A stretch of DNA of 64,000 bases. Source: an uncultured Pseudomonadota bacterium (lineage in GTDB: Bacteria > Pseudomonadota > Alphaproteobacteria > Rhizobiales > Hyphomicrobiaceae). A program made the position numbers and the translations under genes. The stretch spans positions 18,806 through 82,805 of the forward strand of contig CAWBAM010000010.1 in the NCBI GenBank assembly GCA_963786775.1, given 5' to 3'. This document shows, piece after piece, positions 11,124 to 23,279 of this stretch. The notes under the pieces are model-generated. The model was not told the DNA's origin. It made no database searches and worked only from the letters and a program-made list of their open reading frames with translations. Positions within the stretch are counted from its first letter, which is position 1, and each line of letters starts with the position of its first letter.

Positions 11124-12652
11124 CCACCGTAGTGATCGGTTCGGGCGACATCGGGCTCGACGGCTGGCGCAAGGTCTATCGCGGTGCCGCCGTCCGACTG
11201 AATCCCGACGCACTGCCGAAAATAGCAGCGAGCGCTGAGGCCGTCGCGGCGATTGTTGCGCGCGGCGAACCGGTCTACGGCGTCAATACAGGGTTTGGAA
11301 AGCTCGCCACGGTCCGCATCGAAGCAGCCGATCTCGAGGCTCTGCAACGAAATCTCGTTCTGTCGCACTCCGCCGGTGTCGGCCCACCTGTCCCGCGGGC
11401 CATCACACGTCTGATGATGGCGCTTAAGCTCGCGAGCCTGGCTCAAGGCGCGTCCGGAGTCCGACGCTCGACTGTGGCTCTGTTGGAAGCGATGATCGAG
11501 CGTGGGCTGACGCCCATCATTCCCTCGCAGGGTTCCGTCGGTGCTTCGGGCGATCTCGCTCCCCTTGCCCACATGGCCGCCGCGATGATTGGGCTGGGCG
11601 AGATCGAAACGGGATCGGCCCGTATGCCTGCGCTGGAAGCGTTGCAGCAACACGGCCTGGAGCCGCTCAAGCTCGGGCCCAAGGAAGGATTGGCCCTCCT
11701 TAACGGCACACAGTTCTCGACCGCGTATGCCCTGGCGGGCCTGATCGAAACGGAGACGCTTTTCCGCACGGCCCTGGTCACGGGCGCCCTCTCGACAGAT
11801 GCGGCCCGCGGCTCCGATGCGCCGTTCGATCCACGGATCCACGAGTTGCGTCGGCATCGTGGACAGATCGAAACGGCCGCTGCTCTGCGAGCTTTGATGG
11901 CAGGGAGCGAAATCCGCGCCTCCCACCTCAAGGGTGACGAACGCGTCCAGGATCCCTACTGCCTGCGCTGCCAACCACAGGTGATGGGCGCCGTGCTCGA
12001 CCTGCTGCGCCACGCGGCCGGAGTTCTCGTGACGGAAGCCAATGGCGTTACGGATAATCCGCTCATCTTCCCTGACACTGGCGAGGCACTGTCCGGCGGC
12101 AATTTCCACGGCGAGCCCGTTGCTTTCACCGCTGACATGATCGCCATCGCCATCTGCGAGATCGGCTCGCTGGCGGAACGGCGCATCGCAATGCTGGTCG
12201 ACCCTGCAGTCTCCGGGCTGCCTGCGTTCCTCACCGCCCATCCCGGGCTCAACTCCGGCTTCATGATTCCGCAGGTCACGGCTGCCGCCCTCGTTGCGGA
12301 GAACCGGCAGCGGGCGCACCCGGCCAGCATCGACACCATTCCGACGTCGGCCAATCAGGAGGACCACGTGTCGATGTCGGCCCACGGCGCCCGCCGGCTG
12401 ATCCCGATGGCTGACAATCTCGCCAGCATCGTCGGTATCGAGCTGCTCGCCGCCGCACAAGGCTGCGACTTCCACAGGCCGCTCGCTTCTAGTCCGCCCT
12501 TAGAGCGCGTCCGCGAGCGCCTGCGCGCCGGAGTGCCTTTCCTGGACCAGGACCGTTCTTTTGCTCCGGACATCGACGTAGCTGCAGCACTCGTGCGGAG
12601 CGGTGCGGTAATCGACGCGGCCGGATCAGAACTGTTGCCGCTCGTCGACTAA
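11120..12652 (+). CDS. hutH: Histidine ammonia-lyase
   Basis: [22 protein letters not shown] (MIO motif), [10 protein letters not shown]; ATGA overlap with hutI. Confidence 0.96.
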   Translation: MTTVVIGSGDIGLDGWRKVYRGAAVRLNPDALPKIAASAEAVAAIVARGEPVYGVNTGFGKLATVRIEAADLEALQRNLVLSHSAGVGPPVPRAITRLMMALKLASLAQGASGVRRSTVALLEAMIERGLTPIIPSQGSVGASGDLAPLAHMAAAMIGLGEIETGSARMPALEALQQHGLEPLKLGPKEGLALLNGTQFSTAYALAGLIETETLFRTALVTGALSTDAARGSDAPFDPRIHELRRHRGQIETAAALRALMAGSEIRASHLKGDERVQDPYCLRCQPQVMGAVLDLLRHAAGVLVTEANGVTDNPLIFPDTGEALSGGNFHGEPVAFTADMIAIAICEIGSLAERRIAMLVDPAVSGLPAFLTAHPGLNSGFMIPQVTAAALVAENRQRAHPASIDTIPTSANQEDHVSMSAHGARRLIPMADNLASIVGIELLAAAQGCDFHRPLASSPPLERVRERLRAGVPFLDQDRSFAPDIDVAAALVRSGAVIDAAGSELLPLVD

Positions 12653-12778
12653 AAGCTTGGCGCAAGCGATTACGCCGCTGGGCCTCCGCGGGGAGTTGGG
12701 AGGCAGAGTTCGGCTGACCGAGACGGCAGCGGCAATAGCAGAGGGGCTCGGCCACGAAAGTCTTTCAGGAGAGTTGCC

Positions 12779-14446
12779 ATGACCCGCATCGACAACACCC
12801 GCGTCATCCGCGCCCCGCGTGGTCCTGATATCTCCGCAAAAAGCTGGCTCACCGAAGCCCCGCTACGCATGCTGATGAACAATCTCGACCCCGAAGTCGC
12901 CGAGAAGCCGAGCGAGCTTGTCGTCTACGGCGGTGTGGGGCGGGCAGCCCGCGACTGGGAGAGCTTCGATCGTATCGTGGCAGCCCTCCGCGATTTGGAG
13001 CCGGATGAGACGCTGCTCGTCCAATCCGGCAAGCCTGTCGGCATCTTTCGCACGCATGCCGACGCACCTCGCGTATTGATCGCCAACTCGAACCTGGTTC
13101 CCCATTGGGCCACCTGGGATCACTTCAACGAGCTCGATCGCCGTGGACTGATGATGTACGGCCAGATGACCGCGGGCTCCTGGATCTACATCGGCAGCCA
13201 GGGCATTGTTCAGGGTACCTACGAAACATTCGCCGAGATGGGGCGGCGGCACTACGGCGGAAATCTCACCGGCAAATGGATTCTCACAGCGGGCCTTGGC
13301 GGCATGGGCGGTGCACAGCCTCTCGCGGCCGTCATGGCCGGCGCCTCGCTGCTCGCCGTCGAATGCCAGCCGAGCCGCATCGAGATGCGCCTGCGCACCG
13401 GCTACCTCGATGTCCAGGCCACAGACCTCGACGAGGCCCTGCGCATGATCGAGCAGTCCTGCAAGGAAAGGAAGCCCCTGTCCGTGGGCCTGCTCGGCAA
13501 TGCCGCCGACGTCGTGCCGGAGCTGGTCAGCCGTGGCGTGCGCCCGGACGCCGTCACCGACCAGACCGCGGCACACGACCCGGTCAACGGCTACCTGCCG
13601 AAGGGGTGGACCCTGGCCCAGTGGGAGGAGAAGCGCGCTTCGGATCCCAAGGCTGTCGAGACGGCGGCGAAACAGTCGATGGCGATCCACGTTCGCGCCA
13701 TGCTCGAATTTCACCGTGCCGGCGTGCCCACGTTCGACTACGGCAACAACATCCGGCAGATGGCCAAAGACGAAGGCGTTACTGATGCGTTCGATTTTCC
13801 CGGTTTCGTTCCCGCCTATATCCGCCCCCTTTCTGCCGCGGAATCGGACCGTTCCGCTGGGTGGCCCTGTCGGGCGATCCCGAGGACATCTATCGCACGG
13901 ACGCGAAGGTGAAAGAGCTGCTGCCAGACGACTTCCATCTGCACCGCTGGCTGGAGATGGCTCGCACTCGGATCAAATTCCAAGGCCTGCCGGCACGCAT
14001 CTGCTGGCTTGGGCTCGGCGATCGGCACCGGGTTGGCCTCGCTTTCAACGAGATGGTCGCTTCTGGCGAGCTGAAGGCGCCCATCGTCATCGGTCGCGAT
14101 CACCTCGACGCCGGCTCCGTCGCCTCACCAAATCGCGAGACGGAAGGGATGCGCGATGGCTCCGACGCCGTCTCGGATTGGCCGATGCTCAACGCGCTGC
14201 TCAACTGCGCATCCGGCGCCACTTGGGTCTCGATCCACCACGGCGGCGGAGTCGGCATTGGCTTCTCGCAGCACGCCGGACAGGTCGATCGTTTGCGACG
14301 GCACCCCCGAAGCCGCACGACGCATCGAGCGCGTCCTGTGGAATGACCCGGCCAGCGGCGTCATGCGCCATGCCGATGCAGGCTACGAGGACGCCATCGC
14401 CTGTGCCCGCGAGCACGGGCTGCGGCTGCCGTTTCTGGAGGCGTGA
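12779..14446 (+). CDS. hutU: Urocanate hydratase (frameshifts ~13830 and ~14285)
   Basis: [60 protein letters not shown]. Confidence 0.95.
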
Positions 14447-14548
14447 CAGGCGCACTGGCGCTTCCGACTCTCCGGGTTACGGCGCCCTGGTTAGGCAGGC
14501 CATGCGCAGGCTAGGAACAGTGCCGATCCAGGCCTTGACTTCTCCTAG

Positions 14549-15905
<1,357 letters not shown>

Positions 15906-15914
<9 letters not shown>

Positions 15915-16070
15915 TTTATGAAGTAGCCACAGATCGACTAGTCGCATCACCTCACCATCACCACCCGGAGGAGCGCCATATAAGGTGAGATATAGTAAGT
16001 AAGGTTGGGCGGTGACATCCGCCAGCGGCTTCTGCTTGGTCAGGACGGGCTTCTCGTACGAGCGCTTCAT
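15906..16070 (-). CDS. RiPP precursor peptide A1 (54 aa as sequenced)
   Basis: MKRSYEKPVLTKQKPLADVTA|QPYLLYLTLYGAPPGGDGE...KSP; YxxPxL RRE-binding motif, Thr at -2; AAGGAGG RBS. Confidence 0.85.
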
Positions 16071-16431
16071 GATTGCCTCCTTCGTTGGTTCCGAAGCGAC
16101 AACCACAGATAGCTGAGTCCTTCGCAAGGTTGAAGATCAGCAGGCTAAACAACCACAAGTTGCTTGCCCTTATTTTGCGATAGCTCCGTGGCTGTATCTC
16201 GATCGCAACACCAATGATTGTCAGCGCAACGTTCAGGATGATCACGCACTCATGTGTCCGCTGCTCCAAGAAGCTCGGTAAAGATGTCGGACCTGCTTTC
16301 GACTTGGGGTCTCTCGGCGTGGCTACGCCAAACACCCTTCCTCAAGCCGAATTTCGATCCGCTCAGGTTCGTCGCTCGCTTTAGCGCAAAAAAAAATCGA
16401 TCAGCAGTTCGGTCTCTTTGGAAAAAGAATG

Positions 16432-16468
16432 AACAAATAACGCCCTCCTGCGGTCCGCAGGAGGGCGT
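16432..16468 (-). terminator. Intrinsic terminator of precursor gene A2
   Basis: 13-bp stem ACGCCCTCCTGCG/CGCAGGAGGGCGT followed by a T-rich tail on the minus strand; homologous to the A1 terminator. Confidence 0.75.
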
Positions 16469-16503
16469 CAGAAGAATAGGCGCTCGAAAGCAGGCCTTCG
16501 TGC

Positions 16504-16620
16504 TTATTCTGCGGTGTCACCGTCCCCAGGAGGAAAACCCGGCGTAATGAACACTTGTGCAGTGACGTCCACCAGCGGCTTCTGCTTGATCAGGACAGGC
16601 ATCTCGTACGAGCGCTTCAT
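16504..16620 (-). CDS. RiPP precursor peptide A2 (38 aa; not in ORF track)
   Basis: Manual translation MKRSYEMPVLIKQKPLVDVTA|QVFITPGFPPGDGDTAE*; AAGGAGG RBS; leader 18/21 identical to A1. Confidence 0.9.
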   Translation of the reverse strand: MKRSYEMPVLIKQKPLVDVTAQVFITPGFPPGDGDTAE

Positions 16621-16989
16621 GTGGATCGCCTCCTTCGTTGGCTGCTAGACACTACCAGAACTACTCCGGCACAATCATACGTTGACTATCTCGCGCGACA
16701 TCAATGTGGCGTTGATGGCAATCGCTTGCCGATAGACGGATAAGTGTCTCTTCGCTGCAACATAGCAAATCATCAGCAGGCGAATGATCTGCCTCCTCTA
16801 AAGGCTTGAAAGCACTTGCATCTATCGAGAATCAGCGCTGATGCAGCCTCCCCTTTGGAGCCCATCGCAAATGTTGTGCACACAGGCGCCGCGCGCATCC
16901 CGGCTCAGTAGCAATCTCCGGTTGTGATGACTAGGATACCCCGTCGCAAGAACTGAAGAAGGGGCACAACGGTGATTTAGGATTTAAGT

Positions 16990-17254
16990 GTGCTGTCGCT
17001 ACCCGAGGGTGTTTCCTGCCAGCCTCTCGGCGAGGGTGAGGGAGCCGTCCTGCTCGTCATAGAGTTCGGGACAACTTTTCACCTGCAACGATACCACCTC
17101 GGCATTTATCGCCGCGCTCGACGGGAAGCGGTCCTTCGCTGATGTCGTGCAAACACTCCTGGAAACCTTCGACGTCTCTCCCGACCGCCTGCGGCAAGAC
17201 TTGATGACCCTCGCTGAGGAGCTGCAGAAGGAGGGCCTTCTCCAGATCCATTGA
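16990..17254 (+). CDS. Stand-alone PqqD-family RiPP recognition element (B1); 1-nt frameshift ~17065; not in ORF track
   Basis: Manual translation VLSLPEGVSCQPLGEGEGAVLLVIE/SGQLFTCNDTTSAFIAALDGKRSFADVVQTLLETFDVSPDRLRQDLMTLAEELQKEGLLQIH*; classic PqqD pattern. Confidence 0.85.
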
Positions 17255-17259
17255 ATCCC

Positions 17260-17712
17260 ATGACAACCCTCAAGAAGCTGCGCTTCAAAGCTGCCCTCTG
17301 GTTGTGGGCCCGGGCGCTCCCGGTCCTGGCATGGAAGCGCAGCCTTCCGTCACTCCTTGCGCTGACAAAGCCACGCGCGGCAGCCCCCTACCAAGGGTTG
17401 CCAGCGCACTACATCGTCCGGCGGGTGAAGAAGTCGACCCGCCGGCCTTGGGTTATGCGCGACCGGCCCTGTCTCCGAGAGGGCATTCTGGCGCTGCGCT
17501 TCTTAAGGCTCGCCGGCTTCGACCCCGCGCTTCACTTCGGGGTCGACCGCCAAAGCGTCAAGCAAGATGTGCTCTCGGCGCACTGCTGGATCGTGCTTGA
17601 TCAGGAGATCATCCTCAATCCGCCAACGCCGACCATGGTGGAAATCCTCATCCACGCGGGTGGCCGACTTGTCCCTCCCGCGCACGCCAACGTCACACTC
17701 TCTCAAGGATAG
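17260..17712 (+). CDS. Lasso B2-type transglutaminase-like leader peptidase
   Basis: PCLREGILALRFLRLAG...LHFGV...SAHCWIVLD, giving the catalytic Cys/His; directly follows the RRE gene. Confidence 0.88.
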   Translation: MTTLKKLRFKAALWLWARALPVLAWKRSLPSLLALTKPRAAAPYQGLPAHYIVRRVKKSTRRPWVMRDRPCLREGILALRFLRLAGFDPALHFGVDRQSVKQDVLSAHCWIVLDQEIILNPPTPTMVEILIHAGGRLVPPAHANVTLSQG

Positions 17713-17724
17713 ATCGGACCCGAC

Positions 17725-18740
17725 ATGGCCAATTGGTTCAATCTGAACGGTGCATTGCTGCGCATCGATGCCGAGGACCCGGCACTCGTGAAACCACTGC
17801 TGATCTACCTCGACGAGCTGAGCATCCAATCGTCCGAGCGAACGCCCGATTTTCGTCTGGTTCTTGAGAGGGGTCTGCCGCAGCCGCCACCTCCGGAAGC
17901 AAAGTTCCTCTATGGCCGGCGCTGGCCCGAAGGATTGGACTGTCAGTACAGCGCGCTAGGGACACGGCGGTTTCTCCTCGTCCCAGAGCAGCTTTCGCTC
18001 GAATATTCAACCCAGGACGGCATCGCCAAGATGCGCGCTGCACCCGGTCATGAGCGCTTTATCGGTGCCACTGCCGGCATTTACGCCATCTACGCCGCCC
18101 TTTTCGCAACCCGGCAGACGCTCATCCACGCTGCGGCTCTCCGCTTACCGCAAGAAGATGCAGCGTTCGTCCTGTTCGCGCCGAGTGGTGCCGGCAAGAC
18201 CACGACCTCGTTGGCATTGGCTCTGCAGGGCTTCGCTCTCCTCACCGACGATGCAACGGTGCTTTCGGAGCGCAACGCGGCGACCGCTGGAACCGAGGTC
18301 TGGGGTCTGCCACGACCCCCCAAAGTGCACCGCCGTACGGGGGAGCTGCTTCCTTCTATTGGCCGGCTGCTCGGCCCTGAATGGAATGCCGAGGACGAGC
18401 AGGGCGTGACTTTGAATGCCCTGAGATCCCAGATGGAGGTGCTGCCGGGGAGAGCTTATCCTCTGAGTAGGGCTCGTATTGCTCGGAGATCGGGTCACAA
18501 GGCGCCCATAGGCTCCGCCCAATGCGGAAGTCCGACCTCTTCGTTCATTTCGTCAGAGACAACCTGTCCTGCACCCAAAACGGCCTGATGGAGGATGATC
18601 TGGCCCGGTACAATGCCTTCGTGCGCGCCGTCGCCTCCACGCCAGCCTATGAGCTCAACGTCGGCAGCGACCTCTCCACTCTTGGCGAAGTCATCGCTGC
18701 CGCGCTGAGCCGTGCCGATCAGGCGATCTTGAGCGCCTGA
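17725..18740 (+). CDS. HPr-kinase-like P-loop peptide kinase (frameshift ~18470-18500)
   Basis: IHAAAL...APSGAGKTTTSLALALQGFALLTDD; C-terminus continues in ORF 18522..18740. Confidence 0.85.
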
Positions 18741-19768
18741 CGAAAGAGCTTGCGCCGCCAAGAGCCACGCCCCCGGGCTTGGCTCTGGCCACGGACGACC
18801 AGGCCGGGCGAGAGGAGCTGACCCGGCAGCCTCGAAAACGGCGAAGGCATCAGCTTCCGAGCAAGATTGATACAGCGCGGCTCTCCAAACGTTTTGCCCG
18901 CAAGCTCGAGTGCGCCCGCAACGGCAAGAGTCACGCCGCAACGCTCACAAATGCGCGCCAGCCGATCCTCGTCGATGGAACCGGCGACGCCCCTCGCAGC
19001 CTGCATCACGTCGACGAGGTGCTGCAACCGGTCGAGCTGATGGCCGATCGCGCCATGCGTCGCCGCGACAAACAGAAGTGCCGTTGCATCCGTGCAATCG
19101 CCGTCACCAGCGGCACAAACGTCCTCATAGCCGATCGACATGCTTCCGCGTAGCTTGGGCGAGTGCACGAGATTGCTGTGCACCTCGATCATGACGTCGT
19201 GCCTTGGTGGCAGCAGCCACTTCTGTTCGTGATAGTCCTTGCCTTTGCGATCCTCGAATTCGGAGAGGATGAAGCCCAGAGAGCGCATGATCTCAGCGGC
19301 TTCAAATCGATGCTCCACGGGAATCAGAATATCGGCATCCGTGAAAGTTCTGAGGGACGGCTCTGCATAAAGTCGTTGAGCGAACGCCGCGCCTTTGACG
19401 AGAGCGCCGATGATGCCGCTCGCTGAGAACGCGGCCATGACCCTGCGCGTATGGTAGAGCGTCTTGATTTGAAAGCCCGTCTGGTATGCGACCTGGAGCC
19501 TTGCCGTCTCCAGCTCTGAACGGGCCGCCTTCAGGGCTGTTGTCTCAGAGTCCCCAGCGCGCTTCGCTTCGCGTTCAATGAGGTCGCTCAACCCGCGAAC
19601 GAGAGAGGGCATTACGCCGTGATTATCGGCTGCCGCGACCAGCAGTTTAATCTGCTCTGGCTCGGGTAGCGGAATGTTCGGCGGGGCCCGCCTGACTGGA
19701 TCTGCGAAATGGACGAGAAGGCGCTCACCGTCACGGTTGAGCGGCAAATGAGGCGTCTTTCCCAACAT
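18719..19768 (-). CDS. Uncharacterised nucleotidyltransferase (NTP_transf_5-like)
   Basis: LVKGAAFAQRLYAEPSLRTFTDADILI, IEVH, HLVDV; family typical of paeninodin-type clusters. Confidence 0.82.
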   Translation of the reverse strand: MLGKTPHLPLNRDGERLLVHFADPVRRAPPNIPLPEPEQIKLLVAAADNHGVMPSLVRGLSDLIEREAKRAGDSETTALKAARSELETARLQVAYQTGFQIKTLYHTRRVMAAFSASGIIGALVKGAAFAQRLYAEPSLRTFTDADILIPVEHRFEAAEIMRSLGFILSEFEDRKGKDYHEQKWLLPPRHDVMIEVHSNLVHSPKLRGSMSIGYEDVCAAGDGDCTDATALLFVAATHGAIGHQLDRLQHLVDVMQAARGVAGSIDEDRLARICERCGVTLAVAGALELAGKTFGEPRCINLARKLMPSPFSRLPGQLLSPGLVVRGQSQARGRGSWRRKLFRQALKIA

Positions 19769-19914
19769 GTATCAATCCCTCCTTGCCCCCAAGGAGGACC
19801 GTACAGGAACGGTTTCCTGCACGCCAACGTTGTGCGCGCTCTGCGCGAGAACTCTTGTGGATTTACACCCGCTGCGCGAGACTCGGTTGGATCGACGACC
19901 TGGTGTTAATCTGT

Positions 19915-20973
19915 TTACGGACTGGCCTTTGCCCGCGCCAAGGCGATCACCGTGACGATCTCGAACAGCATCTGTGCTGCCGTTTGCGCCGTGGCTGTCG
20001 TTGCATCGTAAGCAGGCGCGACCTCGACCACATCGCCGCCGACGATGTCGAGCCCGGCTGCTCCGCGGATAAGCGCCATAACCTCACGCGGCGCCAGGCC
20101 CCCCACCTCGGGCGTGCCCGTTCCTGGCGCGAAGCCGGGATCGAGGCTGTCGATATCGAAAGAGATGTATGCCGGACCTGAACCTACGACGTCCCGCATC
20201 CGCGCGATTGTCCCGTCGATGCCGAGTTGCATGAACTCGTCCATGTGGATCACGGTCATGCCGCTGTCGTAGGAAAACTCCCAGAGGTATTCGGCACTGC
20301 CGCGAATTCCGATCTGGATCGTCCGCTGAGGATCGAGGACACCGGCGAGCACCGCCTCGCGGAATGGCCCGGCGTGCGTGAACTTCGACCCTTCGAATGG
20401 CCCGCCCGTATCGCAATGGGCATCAATATGGATCAGCCCGAGCGGCCGATCGCGGCCCAGCGCCTTCAGGATCGGCAGCGTGATCGAGTGGTCGCCGCCG
20501 ACCGAGGCTGGCGCCACACCCGCCGCACACACTTTCTCATAGAACGCCTCGATATCGGCGTGGCTGTCGGCCAGGCTGTAGCGGCTGCGGAACGGCACGT
20601 CGCCGACGTCGGCGATCTTGGCCAGGCTCGCCGGCACTACCCGGTGTACCTCATGATAGGGACCGATCCGCTCGATCTGCCGAACGGCGCGAGGACCGTG
20701 GCGGGCGCCAGGGCGGTTGGTGACACCAAGATCCATGGGCACACCGATCAGCGCTATGTCCACGCCGCCGAAATCGTCCTTCTTTGGTGCGTCCGCGATC
20801 AGAGGCGCATCAAGAAAGGTTGAGACACCTTCATAGGGCTTGGCGCGCCGGTCAGCGCCGGAAAAGAGAATCTCGACGACCTTCCTGAATTCGGGATTGT
20901 GAACGTCGCCGGCGGCAGCTCCGCCGTACTTCGCGCGCAGTCTTTCGAGGTTGTCGCGATCCATGATGGTCAA
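19915..20973 (-). CDS. Agmatinase-family ureohydrolase
   Basis: GGDHSIT, HIDAHCDT, GIRG, SFDIDSLDPGFAPGTGTP. Confidence 0.9.
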   Translation of the reverse strand: MTIMDRDNLERLRAKYGGAAAGDVHNPEFRKVVEILFSGADRRAKPYEGVSTFLDAPLIADAPKKDDFGGVDIALIGVPMDLGVTNRPGARHGPRAVRQIERIGPYHEVHRVVPASLAKIADVGDVPFRSRYSLADSHADIEAFYEKVCAAGVAPASVGGDHSITLPILKALGRDRPLGLIHIDAHCDTGGPFEGSKFTHAGPFREAVLAGVLDPQRTIQIGIRGSAEYLWEFSYDSGMTVIHMDEFMQLGIDGTIARMRDVVGSGPAYISFDIDSLDPGFAPGTGTPEVGGLAPREVMALIRGAAGLDIVGGDVVEVAPAYDATTATAQTAAQMLFEIVTVIALARAKASP

Positions 20974-21063
20974 GTCCTGAAGCGGTCAGCCCGTAAGTGC
21001 CTCTGAAAAACCAGATGAAGGCGCTGCTCCGTCACGCGTAAGCAGAAACAGCCGCCGCCCGCT

Positions 21064-22378
21064 TCAGTTCAACACCCTCACCAGTACTAACGCCAGCACC
21101 GGAAAAGCGGTGACCACCAGGAGGCGTACGATGTCGATGGCGATGAACGGCAAGACCCGCCGGTAGATGGCCGTAATGGGAACGCCCTTGGCAAGGGCGC
21201 CAACTACAAACACGTTGAGGCCGATGGGCGGCGTGACGAGCCCGATGCCAACCACAATCAGCACGAGGATGCCGAACCAGATCGCCGCCTCCTCGGCCGG
21301 CAGCCCGAAATCGAGCGCCGAGATGACAGGAAAAAAAACCGGCAGCGTCAGCAAGATCATGGCCAGCTCGTCCATGACGGCGCCAAGGACGATGTAGAGC
21401 GCTAGAAACATGGCCAGAATGGCGAGCGGCGGAAAACCGGAGCTGGCGATCGCCTCCGCCGCATTCGCCGGCAGGCGCGACAGCGCCAGGAAGCTGTTGA
21501 AGACCTCAGCCCCGAGCAGGATCAGGAAGATCATGCCGGTCGTCTCGGCTGTCTGCAGCAGGCTGATCCGGATCTCGGCCAAACCCAATGTTCTTCGGCG
21601 CCACGCCGATGATCAGCATGGCCACGGCGCCGACTGCTGCACCTTCCGTTGGGGTGAACACGCCGCCATAGATGCCGCCGACCACCACCACGGCGACGAG
21701 CACGGCGGGCCATATGGCGCGCCAATGGCCCCGTGCCGTCTCGTCAACCTCCACCGCCGGCGCAGCCACTGGATCGCGGCGAGCAACCCAGCCCAGCACG
21801 ATGCAGTGGAACAGCGTCGCCAAGAGGCCTGGAATGAGCGCGGCCTGGAACAGCTTCACGATGTTCTGCTCTGTGGCGAGGGCATAAACGACAAGGATGA
21901 CGGACGGTGGGATCAAGATCCCGAGCGTGCCTCCGACCGCAACAGTTGCGCCTGCAAGGGCGGGGTCATAGCCGTAGCGCCGCAGCTCGGGCAACGCGGC
22001 CCGCGAGAATGTGGCTGTGGTCGCGACGGACGATCCGCAGATTGCCCCAAACAGTGTCGATGCTCCGATGACGGCCATTCCCAGTCCGCCCTTGCGCCGG
22101 CCGAAAAAACCGGCAGCAGCCCGAAAGAGGTCGGCCGAAAGTCCCGAGCGCTCAGCGAAAGCGCCCATGAGAATGAACAGCGGAATAATCGAAAGCGTAT
22201 AGTTGGCGAACAGATGATAGGGCGTGGACTTCATATAACTGAGAAACGGCGCCAGCCCTATGAATGAGATGTAGCCCACACTGCCAGTGAGCAGCATTGC
22301 TAAGCCGATCGGCATCCGGATGGCGATCAGCAGCAGAAGCACGGCAAAGCCGATGATTGCGGTCGTCGTGCCGCTCAC
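21064..22378 (-). CDS. TRAP transporter large permease DctM (frameshift ~21590)
   Basis: IPLFILMG, GSSVATTATF, GGTLGILIPPS, FTPTEGAAVG, TPPIGLNVFV. Confidence 0.9.
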
Positions 22379-22887
22379 CGCCGGCCCCTCACGAGTTGCA
22401 TCGCCGTCGCCAGGGCGGCGATGGCCAGCAGCAGCGCCATGACGGACGTGGCCGCGATCGCCCAACCGATGGGAATGCCGGACACCATAGTCGTCGTTCT
22501 ATTCGCGATGGTTTCGGACGCGCCGACCCAAAGTCGCCAGGCAAGAAAGATTGCCGTCAGGCCATAAGCCAGGTCCCAAAGGGCATCGAGCAGGTTCCGT
22601 GCCCGGAGCGGTAGCATGGACGTGAACGTACCGACCATGATGTTGCCGCGACGAAGCTGGCAGAACGGCAGGAATGCGAAGGCAGAAATCGCGACCGCGA
22701 TCTGAACCAGCTCGAAATCACCGGGAATGGCGTTGCTGGTCGCCCACCGCATGGCGACGCTTGCGCACACCAGGAACGCAGCGGCGAGAATGATGATGCC
22801 GCCAGCCAGCGCCAGTTTTTCGGCCGCGGCGCCCAACAGCCGAGGTCCGGCTGAACCTGAACTCTCCTCTCCTCGCTCGACAGCCAC
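22375..22887 (-). CDS. TRAP transporter small permease DctQ
   Basis: 4 TM helices, IPGDFELVQ, GNIMV; GTGA overlap with dctM. Confidence 0.85.
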   Translation of the reverse strand: MAVERGEESSGSAGPRLLGAAAEKLALAGGIIILAAAFLVCASVAMRWATSNAIPGDFELVQIAVAISAFAFLPFCQLRRGNIMVGTFTSMLPLRARNLLDALWDLAYGLTAIFLAWRLWVGASETIANRTTTMVSGIPIGWAIAATSVMALLLAIAALATAMQLVRGRR

Positions 22888-23279
22888 GCGACCTCCCCGG
22901 TGCTGCAGAGTGGTGATTCCATCGCCGCTCTTCGCGTGAGCGACGTCCGCGATCGGCAGCCGGAGCTTAAGGCGAAGCAGCTTTCGTCGACAACCGAAAT
23001 CCCTGAAGGTCGCGGAGGCGAGATTTTCGTGTGCTTACGCGATCATATTGCCGCACCGGAAATCTCATCTGCTCCTTATGCGTTCCAGGGTCGACTTACC
23101 TTGCTATTCGGAGGTGTGCGATGAGCCCTCCGAACGCCGCGTGGGTCCGTTTCCTCCCCGAAACTGGCCCGTCGACCACTCTGGCGGGCCTTTTTTCAAG
23201 AATGCCTCGGCTGTTTATCCTCTTGCGTGCGCAGCTGTGCGCGTGGACCCTTGGACGAGCACAACACGCGAGGCGCGAA

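Noticed and set aside
12653-12778. Structured RNA between hutH and hutU
   Set aside because: No convincing stem pattern or recognisable family
11072-13714. Long antisense ORFs over hutH/hutU (and similar ones elsewhere)
   Set aside because: Shadow ORFs caused by high-GC codon bias; no motifs
16990-17254. PQQ biosynthesis
   Set aside because: No pqqA/B/C/E; the PqqD domain sits with a B2 peptidase
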